Part shown: piece after piece, positions 47,075 through 56,413 of the stretch
Position numbering within the stretch: the stretch's first letter is position 1
Layout of the letters: each line of letters starts with the position of its first letter
From: Syntrophorhabdaceae bacterium
GTDB taxonomy: Bacteria > Desulfobacterota > Deferrimicrobia > Deferrimicrobiales > Deferrimicrobiaceae
Reading direction: 5' to 3'
Assembly: GCA_009783195.1 (NCBI GenBank)
Contig: WRHP01000001.1
Coordinates: forward strand, 7,215-71,214
Length of the DNA stretch: 64,000 bases
Notes under the pieces: model-generated
Databases searched by the model: none
What the model was told of the DNA's origin: nothing
The model's input: the letters and a program-made list of their open reading frames with translations, nothing else
Made by a program: the position numbers and the translations under genes

Positions 47075-50000
47075 GGACTGTCGAGTGGTTCGATTTTGTA
47101 TTTTCTGAATTTTTCCGGCGCGTCGAAGAACAGCACCATGAACGGAATGGTTTTTCCCGGTTTGACGTCCACATTTGCCAGGTATTCGCCAAGGTGATTT
47201 CCGAGTGCTTTTTCTAGCGCTGCCCGGCTTTCGGATTTAAGCTTTGGACCCGACAGCACGTTCCCGGCGTATACCGTCTGTTCCATCAGGACGCTTTCGT
47301 TGATATCCAAAAGCGATGCGTGAATCCTGATTCCGCTTTTTCCGACCAGGGATTGGTTGGTTACATTTCCTCTGATTACAAAGATCCTCTGGGAAGATTC
47401 TCCGCTGTCGTAGTACGCGATTTCGCTAGTCACTTCGTACTGTGAAGCCGGGGCAGATGTTTTTCCAAGGATTTTATCGTTGAACATGGCAATAAGCTGG
47501 AGAGAGGTGTCTGTGGCGTATCGCCGTCCTTGTTCGTTGAAGCCGAAGTAGTATCCGGCCGTGCCCAGCAAGGCAAGTAGAAACAAGGCTTTCGCGACAC
47601 GAAAAAACCTGGAACCGGAAGACGCGCGGACGCGTTTGGCGGACGGTTTTGGCGGTTTCGTTGCGGCGTATATCTGTTCGGGCGTTTCCGCGGGAAGATT
47701 CTCTTCGTTGGCATAAGGCACGGCCGCGGGCTCAGGTTCCGCGTCCGGCGTATATACGTAGGAAGGAGTCTCGTTTCCTTCCACTGCCATATCACTTGCG
47801 TCTGAGACCATAGACGCTTCATCCGGCGCGTCAAAAGCTGTTCTTTCAATTTGCAGTTCTGGTGGTTTCGAAGCGATCGCCGCGGATATATCGTCGTGCT
47901 GCCCGGCAGATGGCTCCGGCTGCTTCTTCTCCTTTATTTCTGATGGCGCGGTTGCCGTTTCCGGCGCTGAGTCGAACGAGTTGCCGGTAAACGCGGGTGG
48001 ATCTGGCGCTCTAAACTGGAAATCTTCAGACGTATCAAGCGCCGGTTCTTCTTCTGGCGCCTGAAAGGTTTTTGTTAAATGCGTTTCGATCTCCTTGAAG
48101 GCATCATCTTCTTCTGGAGATTGCGCTTGCTGCTTCATTGCGGGCGGCCCGGTTGTTGTTTTCGGCGCCGTGTCAGACGCGTTGCTGTCAGATGCGGGCG
48201 GATCTGGCGCTCTGAGCTGGAAATCTTCCGACAGATCAAGCGCTGGTTCTTCTTTTTCCGGCTCCTGAAAGGTCTTTGCCAGATGCGCTTCGAACTCCTT
48301 GAAAACATCATCTTCTTCTGTGGACTGCGCCTGTTGCAGCGTTGCGGGCGGACCGGTTGCCGCTTCCGGCGCCGCGTCAAACGCGTTGCTGTCAAATAAG
48401 GGCGGCTCTGGCGCTTCAAGCTGGAAATCTTCCAACATATCAAGCAATGGTTCCTTTTCTTCCGGCTCCTGGAAGGTCTTTGTTATATGCGCTTCGAACT
48501 CCTTGAAGACATCATCTTCTTCCGGGGACTGCGCCTGCGGTGGCGTTGCGGGCGGATCGGTTGTTACTTCTGGCGTCGCGTCAAACGCGTTGCTGTCAAA
48601 TAATGGCGGCTCTGGCGTTTCAAACTGGAAATCTTCCGACATATCAAACGCAGGCTCTTCTTTTTCTGGCGCATGGAAGTTTTTTGCTACCTGCTCTTTG
48701 AACTCCTTGAAGTAGTCGTCCGCTTCTGGGGGCTGCGCCATTGCGAACGGATCGGTTGTTGCTTCCGGCGCCGTGTCAAACGAGTTGTCGTAAAATGAGG
48801 GCGGCTCTGGCGCTTCAAACTGAAAATCTTCCGGCATATCAAACGCAGGCTCTTCTTTTTTTGGCGCCTGGAAGTTTTTTGCTACCTGCTCTTTGAATTC
48901 CTTGAAGTAGTCGTCCGCTTCTGGGGACTGTGCCTGCTGTTGCGCCATTGCGAACGGATCGGTTGTTATTTCCGGCGCCATATCAAACGCGTCTTCCTCA
49001 AGCGCGGATGATTCCGACACCTGAAAGTCCGGCATGCTTTGCGCTTCGAACTTCTTGAAGAAATCATCGTCTCCGTAAGGCGTCGTCTGTTGTTCTTCCA
49101 TTACAGGCAAGCCGGTTTCCGCTTCCGGCGTCATGCTGAAGATGTCGTCCTCAAATGCGGATGATTCCGGCGTGTCGAGCCGGAATTCTGCCTGCGCATC
49201 AAACGTTGGTTCTTCGGCGGACTCCTGGAAATCCGGCGGGTTTTGCGTTTCAAACTCCTTTAAAAAGTCGATGTCGTCCCCGGAGGACGTTATATGTTGC
49301 TCAGGCGGTTCGGTTATCAATTCCGACGCCATATCAAACGCGTTGTTTTGAAACGCGGAACTATCCGGTTCGTCAAACTGGAACTCTGTCGGCATATCAG
49401 GCGTCGATTCTCCGACCGACACCTGAAAATCAGGCAGATTTTGTGTTTCAAACTCTTTCAAAAAGTCGAGATCGTTTTCAAAAGACGATGTCTGCTGTTT
49501 ATCCATTGCGGGTGATCTGGTTATTATTTCAGATGCTATGTCAAACGATTCGTCCTGAAATGGGTGAGACTCCGGTTTGTCAAGCGGCGGTTCCGCTGGT
49601 ATATCGAATTCCTGTTCTTCCGCAAACGCATTGAAATCAGGCGTGTCTTTCGTTTCGAATGTAAGCTCCGCCAGCGGATCGAATTTCGGCACCATGGTAG
49701 GCGGCTCGAATACCGCTGATTCTTGCGACTGCTTTGCCGACGCGGTTTTCGGTTCGGCGGTTTCTTCCGTTAGCCTGAAAAGATTTTCAAACGCTATGTC
49801 TATCTCGCTTTTTTCTTCGTCTTGGGGGGGAGGCGCCGGATGTGAAGCATTCTTGGGAAACCGGATCAGGTTGTCTGGGGAAGAATCATGGGGCGCTGAT
49901 TTCAGGTTCAAGGATTCTTTTTTGCCGGAATCGCTGTCTGGAGAAGCGGGAACGGCGTCCCGAAGGACCACTATTGGTTCGCCGCATTTGCGGCAGCTTA

Positions 50001-50076
50001 CCTTTACGCCCTTTCCTTTAACCTTCGAGTCGTCGAGGCGGAACCGTGCGTGGCAGGTTTTGCACTCGATGATCAT
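47071..50076 (-). CDS. Large zinc-ribbon (MJ0042-type) / acidic tandem-repeat / TM / DUF3426-like protein
   Basis: The likely start is MIIECKTCHARFRLDDSKVKGKGVKVSCRKCGEPIVV (a 2 x CxxC ribbon), preceded by GGAGGA. About 11 repeats of ~50 aa follow (DDxFKEFEAHxxKTFQEPEKEEPALDxSEDFQxxAPEPPxFDSNAFDxAPE...). After one TM helix (ALFLLALLGTAGYYFGF), the C-terminus is a ~170-aa beta-rich domain. The longer track ORF reaching 50181 is rejected because it overlaps hpt. Confidence 0.65.
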   Translation of the reverse strand: MIIECKTCHARFRLDDSKVKGKGVKVSCRKCGEPIVVLRDAVPASPDSDSGKKESLNLKSAPHDSSPDNLIRFPKNASHPAPPPQDEEKSEIDIAFENLFRLTEETAEPKTASAKQSQESAVFEPPTMVPKFDPLAELTFETKDTPDFNAFAEEQEFDIPAEPPLDKPESHPFQDESFDIASEIITRSPAMDKQQTSSFENDLDFLKEFETQNLPDFQVSVGESTPDMPTEFQFDEPDSSAFQNNAFDMASELITEPPEQHITSSGDDIDFLKEFETQNPPDFQESAEEPTFDAQAEFRLDTPESSAFEDDIFSMTPEAETGLPVMEEQQTTPYGDDDFFKKFEAQSMPDFQVSESSALEEDAFDMAPEITTDPFAMAQQQAQSPEADDYFKEFKEQVAKNFQAPKKEEPAFDMPEDFQFEAPEPPSFYDNSFDTAPEATTDPFAMAQPPEADDYFKEFKEQVAKNFHAPEKEEPAFDMSEDFQFETPEPPLFDSNAFDATPEVTTDPPATPPQAQSPEEDDVFKEFEAHITKTFQEPEEKEPLLDMLEDFQLEAPEPPLFDSNAFDAAPEAATGPPATLQQAQSTEEDDVFKEFEAHLAKTFQEPEKEEPALDLSEDFQLRAPDPPASDSNASDTAPKTTTGPPAMKQQAQSPEEDDAFKEIETHLTKTFQAPEEEPALDTSEDFQFRAPDPPAFTGNSFDSAPETATAPSEIKEKKQPEPSAGQHDDISAAIASKPPELQIERTAFDAPDEASMVSDASDMAVEGNETPSYVYTPDAEPEPAAVPYANEENLPAETPEQIYAATKPPKPSAKRVRASSGSRFFRVAKALFLLALLGTAGYYFGFNEQGRRYATDTSLQLIAMFNDKILGKTSAPASQYEVTSEIAYYDSGESSQRIFVIRGNVTNQSLVGKSGIRIHASLLDINESVLMEQTVYAGNVLSGPKLKSESRAALEKALGNHLGEYLANVDVKPGKTIPFMVLFFDAPEKFRKYKIEPLDSP
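47870..49550. repeat. Array of ~11 tandem ~150-bp coding repeats, the middle units >90% identical at DNA level
   Basis: Read directly. An example is the unit ...tggaaatcttccgacagatcaagcgctggttcttctttttccggctcctgaaaggtctttgccagatgcgcttcgaactccttgaa... and its neighbours. The repeat explains the cluster of spurious track ORFs at 48079-48715 and 49155-49634. Confidence 0.7.
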
Positions 50077-50104
50077 TTGTAATCCTCCGGCGTGTAAAAT
50101 ATCT

Positions 50105-50695
50105 TCAAGCTTTTTCGCGCAATTCGTAGATCTCTCGCAGCTCCCTGCCCGCTTCGGCGAAATCCATGCCGTATCCCACAAGGAAGCCCGCGTTTGTGCG
50201 GAAGCCCGGAAACTCTATAACGGCATCAATTTCCCGGCGTGTCCTTTTGTCGACGAGAGCGCAGAAGCTGATGGAAAGCGGGCGCTTTTGCTCGAAGTGA
50301 CGGCGCAGCGCGGTGATGGTGCGCCCGGTGTCGATGATATCTTCAATTACGAGCACATGTTTTCCCGTTACATTCAGCTCTATATCTTTGGTCAGATATG
50401 CTTTGCCGCCCGGAGCCGTGCGGTTGCTATAACTTGATATCCGGATAAAGTCTATGGCCACCGGAACCTCGATCTCCCGCGCAAGGTCCGCAAGGAAAAA
50501 CAGCGATCCTTTCAAAACGCCCACCATGACCAGTTCCGAACCCGCGTACGCCTGGTTGATGCGGCGGGCAAGGGTCATGATTTTACTATGGATTTGCTCG
50601 GCTGTATATTTAGCGCGAAGAATGCTTTGTTTCCTCAAAAAAACTCCTTGACCGCTTTTTCGTGGCTGACTCCGACTATATGGAATTTTTTTCAC
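50105..50695 (-). CDS. hpt: Hypoxanthine(-guanine) phosphoribosyltransferase
   Basis: The PRPP-binding motif is present (VLVIEDIIDTGRTI), with Hpt-family flanks. The N-terminal extension makes the start uncertain. Confidence 0.8.
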   Translation of the reverse strand: MKKIPYSRSQPRKSGQGVFLRKQSILRAKYTAEQIHSKIMTLARRINQAYAGSELVMVGVLKGSLFFLADLAREIEVPVAIDFIRISSYSNRTAPGGKAYLTKDIELNVTGKHVLVIEDIIDTGRTITALRRHFEQKRPLSISFCALVDKRTRREIDAVIEFPGFRTNAGFLVGYGMDFAEAGRELREIYELREKA

Positions 50696-50699
50696 AGAC

Positions 50700-51458
50700 T
50701 CAAGAAGCGGGAGCGGCCAAAACTACTTTCGACCGCCGTTCCCCTACGGCACAGAGAATGATGCCAAGCTCATACAGCGCGTACAGCGGAACGGCCAGCA
50801 TTAGCTGCGACACTATGTCGGGCGGCGTAAGTATGGCGGCGAGTACGATAGAGCCAAGAACGGCTGCTTTGCGCCATTTCCGAAAACTTTTCGCGGACAG
50901 GATTCCCCCGCGCCCTATGAGGTAAAGGAATAGGGGAAGCTCGAACATTACACCGAAGATGAGGAGAAGGCGCAGCACAAGAGAGAGCGATTCTTTCATT
51001 GAGGGCATGGGCGTTACAATCGTCTGCCCGAATGAGAAGAAGAAGCGCATGATTGAAGGCACCGCGATGAAATAGGCGAAGGCTGTGCCGGCCGCAAAGC
51101 CCAAGGTTGACCAGAAAGCGAAAAGCGCTATGAGCTTGCGTTCCTTGCCGTAGAGACCGGGGCTTATAAAGCCCCACGCCTGGTAGAAGATGACCGGAGA
51201 GGCAAAGAGAAAGCCTCCCCAAAGCGACAGCTTGAAATAGGTAAGGAATGCCTCGGTGAGTTCGGTGAATACGAGGTGGGAGCCGGGCGGCAGCGCCTGC
51301 ATGACCGGGCGGATCAGTTCCTGGTAGATCCGGTCGGAGTAGTTGTAACAAAGTCCCGTTCCGATCGCAAAAGCTATAAGAGAACGGATAATCCGTTTAC
51401 GGAGTTCCTCGAGGTGTTCCGTTACCGGTTGCCGGATTTCCTCTGAAGAGGTCTCCAA
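50700..51458 (-). CDS. tatC: Twin-arginine translocase subunit TatC
   Basis: 252 aa with 6 TM helices and the TatC N-terminus (EHLEELRKRIIRSLIAF...). Confidence 0.9.
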   Translation of the reverse strand: METSSEEIRQPVTEHLEELRKRIIRSLIAFAIGTGLCYNYSDRIYQELIRPVMQALPPGSHLVFTELTEAFLTYFKLSLWGGFLFASPVIFYQAWGFISPGLYGKERKLIALFAFWSTLGFAAGTAFAYFIAVPSIMRFFFSFGQTIVTPMPSMKESLSLVLRLLLIFGVMFELPLFLYLIGRGGILSAKSFRKWRKAAVLGSIVLAAILTPPDIVSQLMLAVPLYALYELGIILCAVGERRSKVVLAAPAS

Positions 51459-51464
51459 AAGGCG

Positions 51465-51815
51465 TCAGGCTCCCGGAGACGACGATTCCGCGTCGGTGTT
51501 TGAAGAGGCGGGAGAGGTATCATCATCCTGGTCGGAGAGTTGTGTTTCTGTCAAACCGGCTTCCTGGTTGGCGGAGGCGTAAATAGCGGAATCCGCGGGT
51601 TGATGATCGGGAGCGGCAGCTTTCGGGGGAGGAGTTGTCTGTTCCTCTTCCTGTACGGCGTCTTCGATTCCCTTGCGCACTTCCTCGGACGCTTTCTTGA
51701 ATTCGGCGATACCTTTTCCCAAACTTCTGGCCAGATCCGGCAGCCGCTTTGGTCCGAAAACAATAAGGGCCACAACGAGAATGATGAGCATTTCCTGGAA
51801 GCCGATGCCGAACAT
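51465..51815 (-). CDS. tatB: Twin-arginine translocase subunit TatB-like (TatA/B family, extended acidic C-terminus)
   Basis: 116 aa: MFGIGFQEMLIILVVALIVFGPKRLPDLARSLGKGIAEFKKA..., then an acidic, Pro-rich tail. It sits immediately upstream of tatC. Confidence 0.7.
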   Translation of the reverse strand: MFGIGFQEMLIILVVALIVFGPKRLPDLARSLGKGIAEFKKASEEVRKGIEDAVQEEEQTTPPPKAAAPDHQPADSAIYASANQEAGLTETQLSDQDDDTSPASSNTDAESSSPGA

Positions 51816-52082
51816 GCGAATCCTTTCGTGTGGTGTTTAGTCGCCTGCCGTTTGAGTTTTCGAGCTTAATCCAGATTATACAGTGTCAAAGCTGAATTCT
51901 GTCGGGGAAACAAGCGTATCCGATCAGATATGAGGAATATCTGATAGATGGTGGTTTCCGGGTCGCCCAAAGCTTGTGTGGTGTTTATAAGTGGTCGTAA
52001 TAGCGAGGTTTTGGTTTTGGCACAGGCATTGAAAATAGTTCTTGTTTTATCACTTCTGCGTTTCCGGCAGGCACGGAGGGTT

Positions 52083-55000
52083 GTGAAAGTGTTCATAGGC
52101 ATCGATATAGGCTCGATCAGCATGAAATTTGTCCTGTTGCTCAGGAATGGGGATGGCGGGCTTTCCCCTGATATCAGGGAGAAATTTCTTTCTCCGGAGC
52201 CGTTATCGTTGGGAGCCGCGGGTACAGGATATCTGTTGTCCTATGACCGGCTCCAGGGCGATCCGATGCAAAAAGTTCCCATCCGGTTCAGGGAATGGCT
52301 TGAAATCCTCGGCGCGGAAAGAATATCGGCTGTTTCCGTTACCGGCAAAAGCGGCCGGCAACTGGCTCCGCTTGTGGGCGGAAAGTATGAAAACGATTTC
52401 AGATGTCTGGCAAGGGCGGTGTCGGCTTCGAATCCGGAAGTGCGCACAATTTTCGAGATGGGCGGAGAGAACGCGAAAGTCATCAGGCTTCAGCCGACGG
52501 GCGAAGGCGGCATTTCCATCCGGGACTACGATACCAATGGCGATTGCGCGGCGGGAACAGGTTCTTTCATAGACCAGCAGGCCCACCGTATGAAGATCGA
52601 GGTGGAGTCTATAGGCGATATGGCGGCAAAGGCGGCTAGCGCCGCGCGAATTGCGGGCCGCTGTTCCGTGTTTGCCAAGACCGATATGATTCACGCGCAG
52701 CAAAAAGGTTGTTCCCCCGAAGAGATAATCAAGGGATTGTGCGAGGCGGTGGCCCGTAATTTCAAGAGCAACATAAACAAGGGAAAAGATCCCTTCCCGA
52801 TAGTTGCGCTGGTGGGGGGGCTTTTCGCCAATTCCGGCATGGTTCGCGCTATACGCGATGTTTTTGGGTTCGGAGAGGAACAGGCGGTTCGCCCGTCCGG
52901 GTTTGCCCATATGAGCGCTTTGGGGGCGGCGATGGCGGCGGCCGAGTCATGGGAAAAATGCGCGACACACGTTTCACTTTCTTCCCAGGCCATCGGGGAT
53001 ACGGCGGAAAAGGTGTTTCCGGTATGGCCAAAGCTCTCGAAAGATAATGTTGTGTTTCTGCGTGACCGGGACAAGCAGGTATCGGTTTCGTCGGACATGA
53101 CGGATGTGTTCCTGGGCATTGATATTGGCTCTGTGTCCACCAATTTTGTTCTGATCGACCGTGACGGCAATCTGTTGAAAGAGATTTATGTTCGCACGCA
53201 AGGCCGGCCCGTGCAGGTAGTTACCGACGGCCTGAAGGATTTGTATGACGAATTTGGAGACACGGTTCGGGTGTGTGGAGTCGGAACCACCGGTTCCGGA
53301 CGGGAACTGATAGGAGAACTGGTCGGCGCCGACACTATCCAGGACGAGATTACCGCCCACAAGACAGGCTCCACGTTCATCAGCAACCGGTTTTTCGGCG
53401 TTCCCGTGGACACCATCTTTGAGATCGGCGGACAGGATTCCAAGTTCATCGGGCTGGAAAACGGCGTTGTGACCGATTTCGCGATGAACGATGCGTGCGC
53501 CGCCGGGACAGGGTCGTTTTTAGAGGAACAGGCGGAGCGGCTGGGCATCCAGATCAAGGAGGAGTTTGCGGAACTGGCGCTTTCCTCGGCGGCGCCGGTT
53601 CGCATGGGAGAGCGGTGTACGGTCTTCATGGAACAGGATCTGAACGACTACCTGTACCGCGGAGTGCGCAAGAACGACCTCGTGGCGGGTCTTGCCTACT
53701 CTGTGGTGATGAACTATCTGAACCGCGTGGTGCGCGGACGCAAGATCGGAGAGACGATTTATTTCCAGGGAGGGACAGCGTACAACGACGCGGTGGCGGC
53801 GGCTTTTTCGCAAGTCCTTGGCCGCAAGATCATCGTTCCGCCTCACAACGGAGTTATCGGGGCGATCGGCATGGCTTTGCTTGCGCGCGACAAGATCCTG
53901 GCCACGGGGGAGGCGACGGTTTTCCGCGGCTTCGATATGTCGAAGGTCGATTACCGGCGTCAGGAGTTTGTCTGCAAAGGCTGCAGCAACCACTGCGACA
54001 TTCAGGAGATCCGGATTGGCGATAACCGGACTTACTGGGGCGACAAATGCTCCGAGAAGTTCCGCAAGCCGGCCAGGACCGATGCGAAGCCGGTAGTGCG
54101 GGATCTTGTGGGGCTGCGAAGCGGCTGGTTCGACCGGCTCGTTGAAGAAACAAAAGAGACTGGCCCGCGAGGAACCATAGGTTTTCCCAGGGCGATGTAT
54201 TTCTATGAGCTGTTTCCTTTCTGGAAGGCTGTTCTGGAAAACATCGGCTTTGGGATCAAGGTGTCCCGCCGGACCGACAAGACGATAGCCCGCGAAGGTA
54301 TAGAGCGCACCGTCGCCGAGCCGTGCTACCCAATCCAGGTGGCTCATGGCCATGTGGCGGAGCTGCTGGAGAAAGGAATAGACTTTCTCTTCATTCCAAA
54401 CCTGATCAATTCCGATACGACGCATACGAACACGGAATCCTACTTCTGTCCGTGGGGGCAGACGCTTCCTTTTATAATCGCAGGCGTTCCCAAGTGGGAG
54501 AAAGAACTGCGGCAGAAGCTTCTGTTTCCGACCATCCGCTTTCGTGACGGAGAAAAGAGCGTTACGGAGAGCCTGTTCGAAAGTTTTGGACCTTTGGGGG
54601 TTTCCCGGAAGGAAATACGCGATGGGATTCGCGAGGGGTATAGGGAGCAGGCAAAGATTACGGCTTTACAAAATGAAGCGGGCCGCGAGGCGGTCGGGCT
54701 TGTGGAGGAAGTTGGCGCGGACGTGATCGTTCTGCTTGGGCGGCCGTACAACGTGTACGACCGGGATGTCAATCTGAACATCCCCTCGAAGCTGCGGGAC
54801 CAGTACGGCGCCAACGTGATTCCGATCGAATTTCTTCCTGTTGACGACATTGATATACGCGATGTCAACGACAACATGTTTTGGAGCTACGGGCGCAAGA
54901 TTATCGCCGCGGCGAAATGGTGCCGCGAACGCCCGAAGTTCCACATGATCTACATCACCAATTTCAAGTGCGGCCCCGACTCTTTCGTGCGGCACTTTAT

Positions 55001-55130
55001 TACGGCAGCCTCTGGCGCCCCGTACCTTACGTTGCAATTCGACGGACACGGCAACGACGCCGGGTACATGACGCGGTGCGAGGCTTATCTCGACAGCAAG
55101 GGGGTACTTCGTCCATGGGCGCGGCAGTAA
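52083..55130 (+). CDS. Double BcrAD/BadFG-type (ASKHA) activase fused to a 2-hydroxyacyl-CoA-dehydratase-component-like (HGD-D-like) domain
   Basis: Two consecutive acetate/sugar-kinase-fold activase units are present (IGIDIGSISMKFVLL... and LGIDIGSVSTNFVLI..., each with DxNxDCAAGTGSF and C-terminal GG.F.N motifs). A ~380-aa Cys-containing C-terminal domain follows. The start is GVKVFIGIDIGS, read from GTG 52083 five bp after GGAGGG. The track ORF start 51948 is rejected. Confidence 0.65.
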   Translation: MKVFIGIDIGSISMKFVLLLRNGDGGLSPDIREKFLSPEPLSLGAAGTGYLLSYDRLQGDPMQKVPIRFREWLEILGAERISAVSVTGKSGRQLAPLVGGKYENDFRCLARAVSASNPEVRTIFEMGGENAKVIRLQPTGEGGISIRDYDTNGDCAAGTGSFIDQQAHRMKIEVESIGDMAAKAASAARIAGRCSVFAKTDMIHAQQKGCSPEEIIKGLCEAVARNFKSNINKGKDPFPIVALVGGLFANSGMVRAIRDVFGFGEEQAVRPSGFAHMSALGAAMAAAESWEKCATHVSLSSQAIGDTAEKVFPVWPKLSKDNVVFLRDRDKQVSVSSDMTDVFLGIDIGSVSTNFVLIDRDGNLLKEIYVRTQGRPVQVVTDGLKDLYDEFGDTVRVCGVGTTGSGRELIGELVGADTIQDEITAHKTGSTFISNRFFGVPVDTIFEIGGQDSKFIGLENGVVTDFAMNDACAAGTGSFLEEQAERLGIQIKEEFAELALSSAAPVRMGERCTVFMEQDLNDYLYRGVRKNDLVAGLAYSVVMNYLNRVVRGRKIGETIYFQGGTAYNDAVAAAFSQVLGRKIIVPPHNGVIGAIGMALLARDKILATGEATVFRGFDMSKVDYRRQEFVCKGCSNHCDIQEIRIGDNRTYWGDKCSEKFRKPARTDAKPVVRDLVGLRSGWFDRLVEETKETGPRGTIGFPRAMYFYELFPFWKAVLENIGFGIKVSRRTDKTIAREGIERTVAEPCYPIQVAHGHVAELLEKGIDFLFIPNLINSDTTHTNTESYFCPWGQTLPFIIAGVPKWEKELRQKLLFPTIRFRDGEKSVTESLFESFGPLGVSRKEIRDGIREGYREQAKITALQNEAGREAVGLVEEVGADVIVLLGRPYNVYDRDVNLNIPSKLRDQYGANVIPIEFLPVDDIDIRDVNDNMFWSYGRKIIAAAKWCRERPKFHMIYITNFKCGPDSFVRHFITAASGAPYLTLQFDGHGNDAGYMTRCEAYLDSKGVLRPWARQ

Positions 55131-56413
55131 AAAATCCTCTGGCGGACCGAACTGTTTTCTTCCCCGCGATGACGGAAGCGGGGGTTGGGGCTGTAACGGC
55201 CGCCTTTCGTTCTTTAGGTATCCATGCGGAGATGATGCCTCCTTCCGATGAAGAAACGCTTGAGCTTGGCGGGAGATATTCCTCCGGCGAGGAATGTCTT
55301 CCTCTGAGAGTTACATTGGGGGATATCCTGAAAATGCTCGTGCATGGCCGTATCCGGGCGGACCGGATGGCGCTTTTCATGCCGAACTCCGACGGCCCGT
55401 GCCGTTTCGGGCAGTACGGTTCGTATATCAAGCGCGTTCTGCGGGATTTGGGTTTTGGGGATGTAATAGTCATCTCTCCGGCCAGTAAAGACGGATACGA
55501 GGGTCTTGGCGACCATGCCAACGAGCTTTTGCGCACTATGTGGCAGGCTTTGATAGGGTCGGAACTGCTCACGAAACTTCTCATGCGGATTCGCCCTTAC
55601 GAAACGGTGAAAGGGTCGGCGGACGCGGCATATAAGCTGGCGCTGTCTGATTTTTGGGCCGCGGTCGAAGCGGGAGGGAAAAACTCAAGGGAGCGAATAG
55701 AGCGGCTCATGAAATCGCTTTCTGTGGGACGCGCGCTGCTCAAGGCTGTCTCCATCGATGCTTCCGTCCAAAAGCCGTTGATCGGGATTATCGGGGAGAT
55801 CTTCTGCCGGCTTCATACGTTCAGTAACGACGATGTCATCAGAAAGGTGGAGGATGCCGGCGGAGAATGCTGGGTCACCGAGGTAAGCGAGTGGGTCTGG
55901 TACACTAACGCGGCCCATATCGCGCGGCTCAAGCGGGTGGGGAGACATGTTTCCCTGGAGATGCTGGGCGCGTGGATCAAGTGGCACATACAGCACAAAG
56001 ATGAAAAGAAGCTTTTGTCCGTGTTCGGATCAGATTTCCGGGGATACGAAGAGCCAAAAGACGTCCGCGAGATTCTGGAGATGGCAAGGCCCTACCTCGT
56101 TCCCTATGGGGCGCTGGGAGAGATGATATTGTCGGTAGGCAAATCCGTTTACCTGTACAACAAAGGGGCGGACGGCGTGCTCGACATCAATCCGTTCTCC
56201 TGCATGAACGGCACTGTATCCGAATCTGTATATCCAAGGCTTGTGCGCGACTGCGACGGCATGCCGGTGCGGGTGATCTACTACGACGGGACGCGCACGG
56301 ACCGCCGGTACGAGATCGACATCTTCATGGATCTGGTCCGTGAATACATGGCGAGAAAAAAGGTTGCCGGCGCTTTTACTCCTTTTACGGAAGCGGCGAA
56401 AGCGCCTGCGTGA
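55115..56413 (+). CDS. Activase-associated protein (acyl-CoA dehydratase activase-related, DUF2229-like)
   Basis: 432 aa. The start MGAAVKNPL is preceded by AAGGGGG and overlaps the upstream gene by 16 bp. Conserved Cys residues are present (EECLPLR; DGPCRFGQ). The family name is from memory. Confidence 0.5.
   Translation: MGAAVKNPLADRTVFFPAMTEAGVGAVTAAFRSLGIHAEMMPPSDEETLELGGRYSSGEECLPLRVTLGDILKMLVHGRIRADRMALFMPNSDGPCRFGQYGSYIKRVLRDLGFGDVIVISPASKDGYEGLGDHANELLRTMWQALIGSELLTKLLMRIRPYETVKGSADAAYKLALSDFWAAVEAGGKNSRERIERLMKSLSVGRALLKAVSIDASVQKPLIGIIGEIFCRLHTFSNDDVIRKVEDAGGECWVTEVSEWVWYTNAAHIARLKRVGRHVSLEMLGAWIKWHIQHKDEKKLLSVFGSDFRGYEEPKDVREILEMARPYLVPYGALGEMILSVGKSVYLYNKGADGVLDINPFSCMNGTVSESVYPRLVRDCDGMPVRVIYYDGTRTDRRYEIDIFMDLVREYMARKKVAGAFTPFTEAAKAPA

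Noticed and set aside
48079-49634. Cluster of 70-160-aa ORFs on both strands (e.g. 48079-48399, 48135-48443, 48299-48715, 49155-49634)
   Set aside because: These are out-of-frame or antisense readings of the 150-bp tandem repeats within the 47071-50076 gene. They repeat because the DNA repeats.
51948-52082. N-terminal 45 codons of the track ORF for the activase fusion, and similar long N-terminal extensions at 34351, 54881, 40726, 22516, 22131 and 50181
   Set aside because: The extensions lack RBSs, overlap upstream genes, or read through intergenic DNA. Internal starts with good Shine-Dalgarno sequences and conserved N-termini were preferred.
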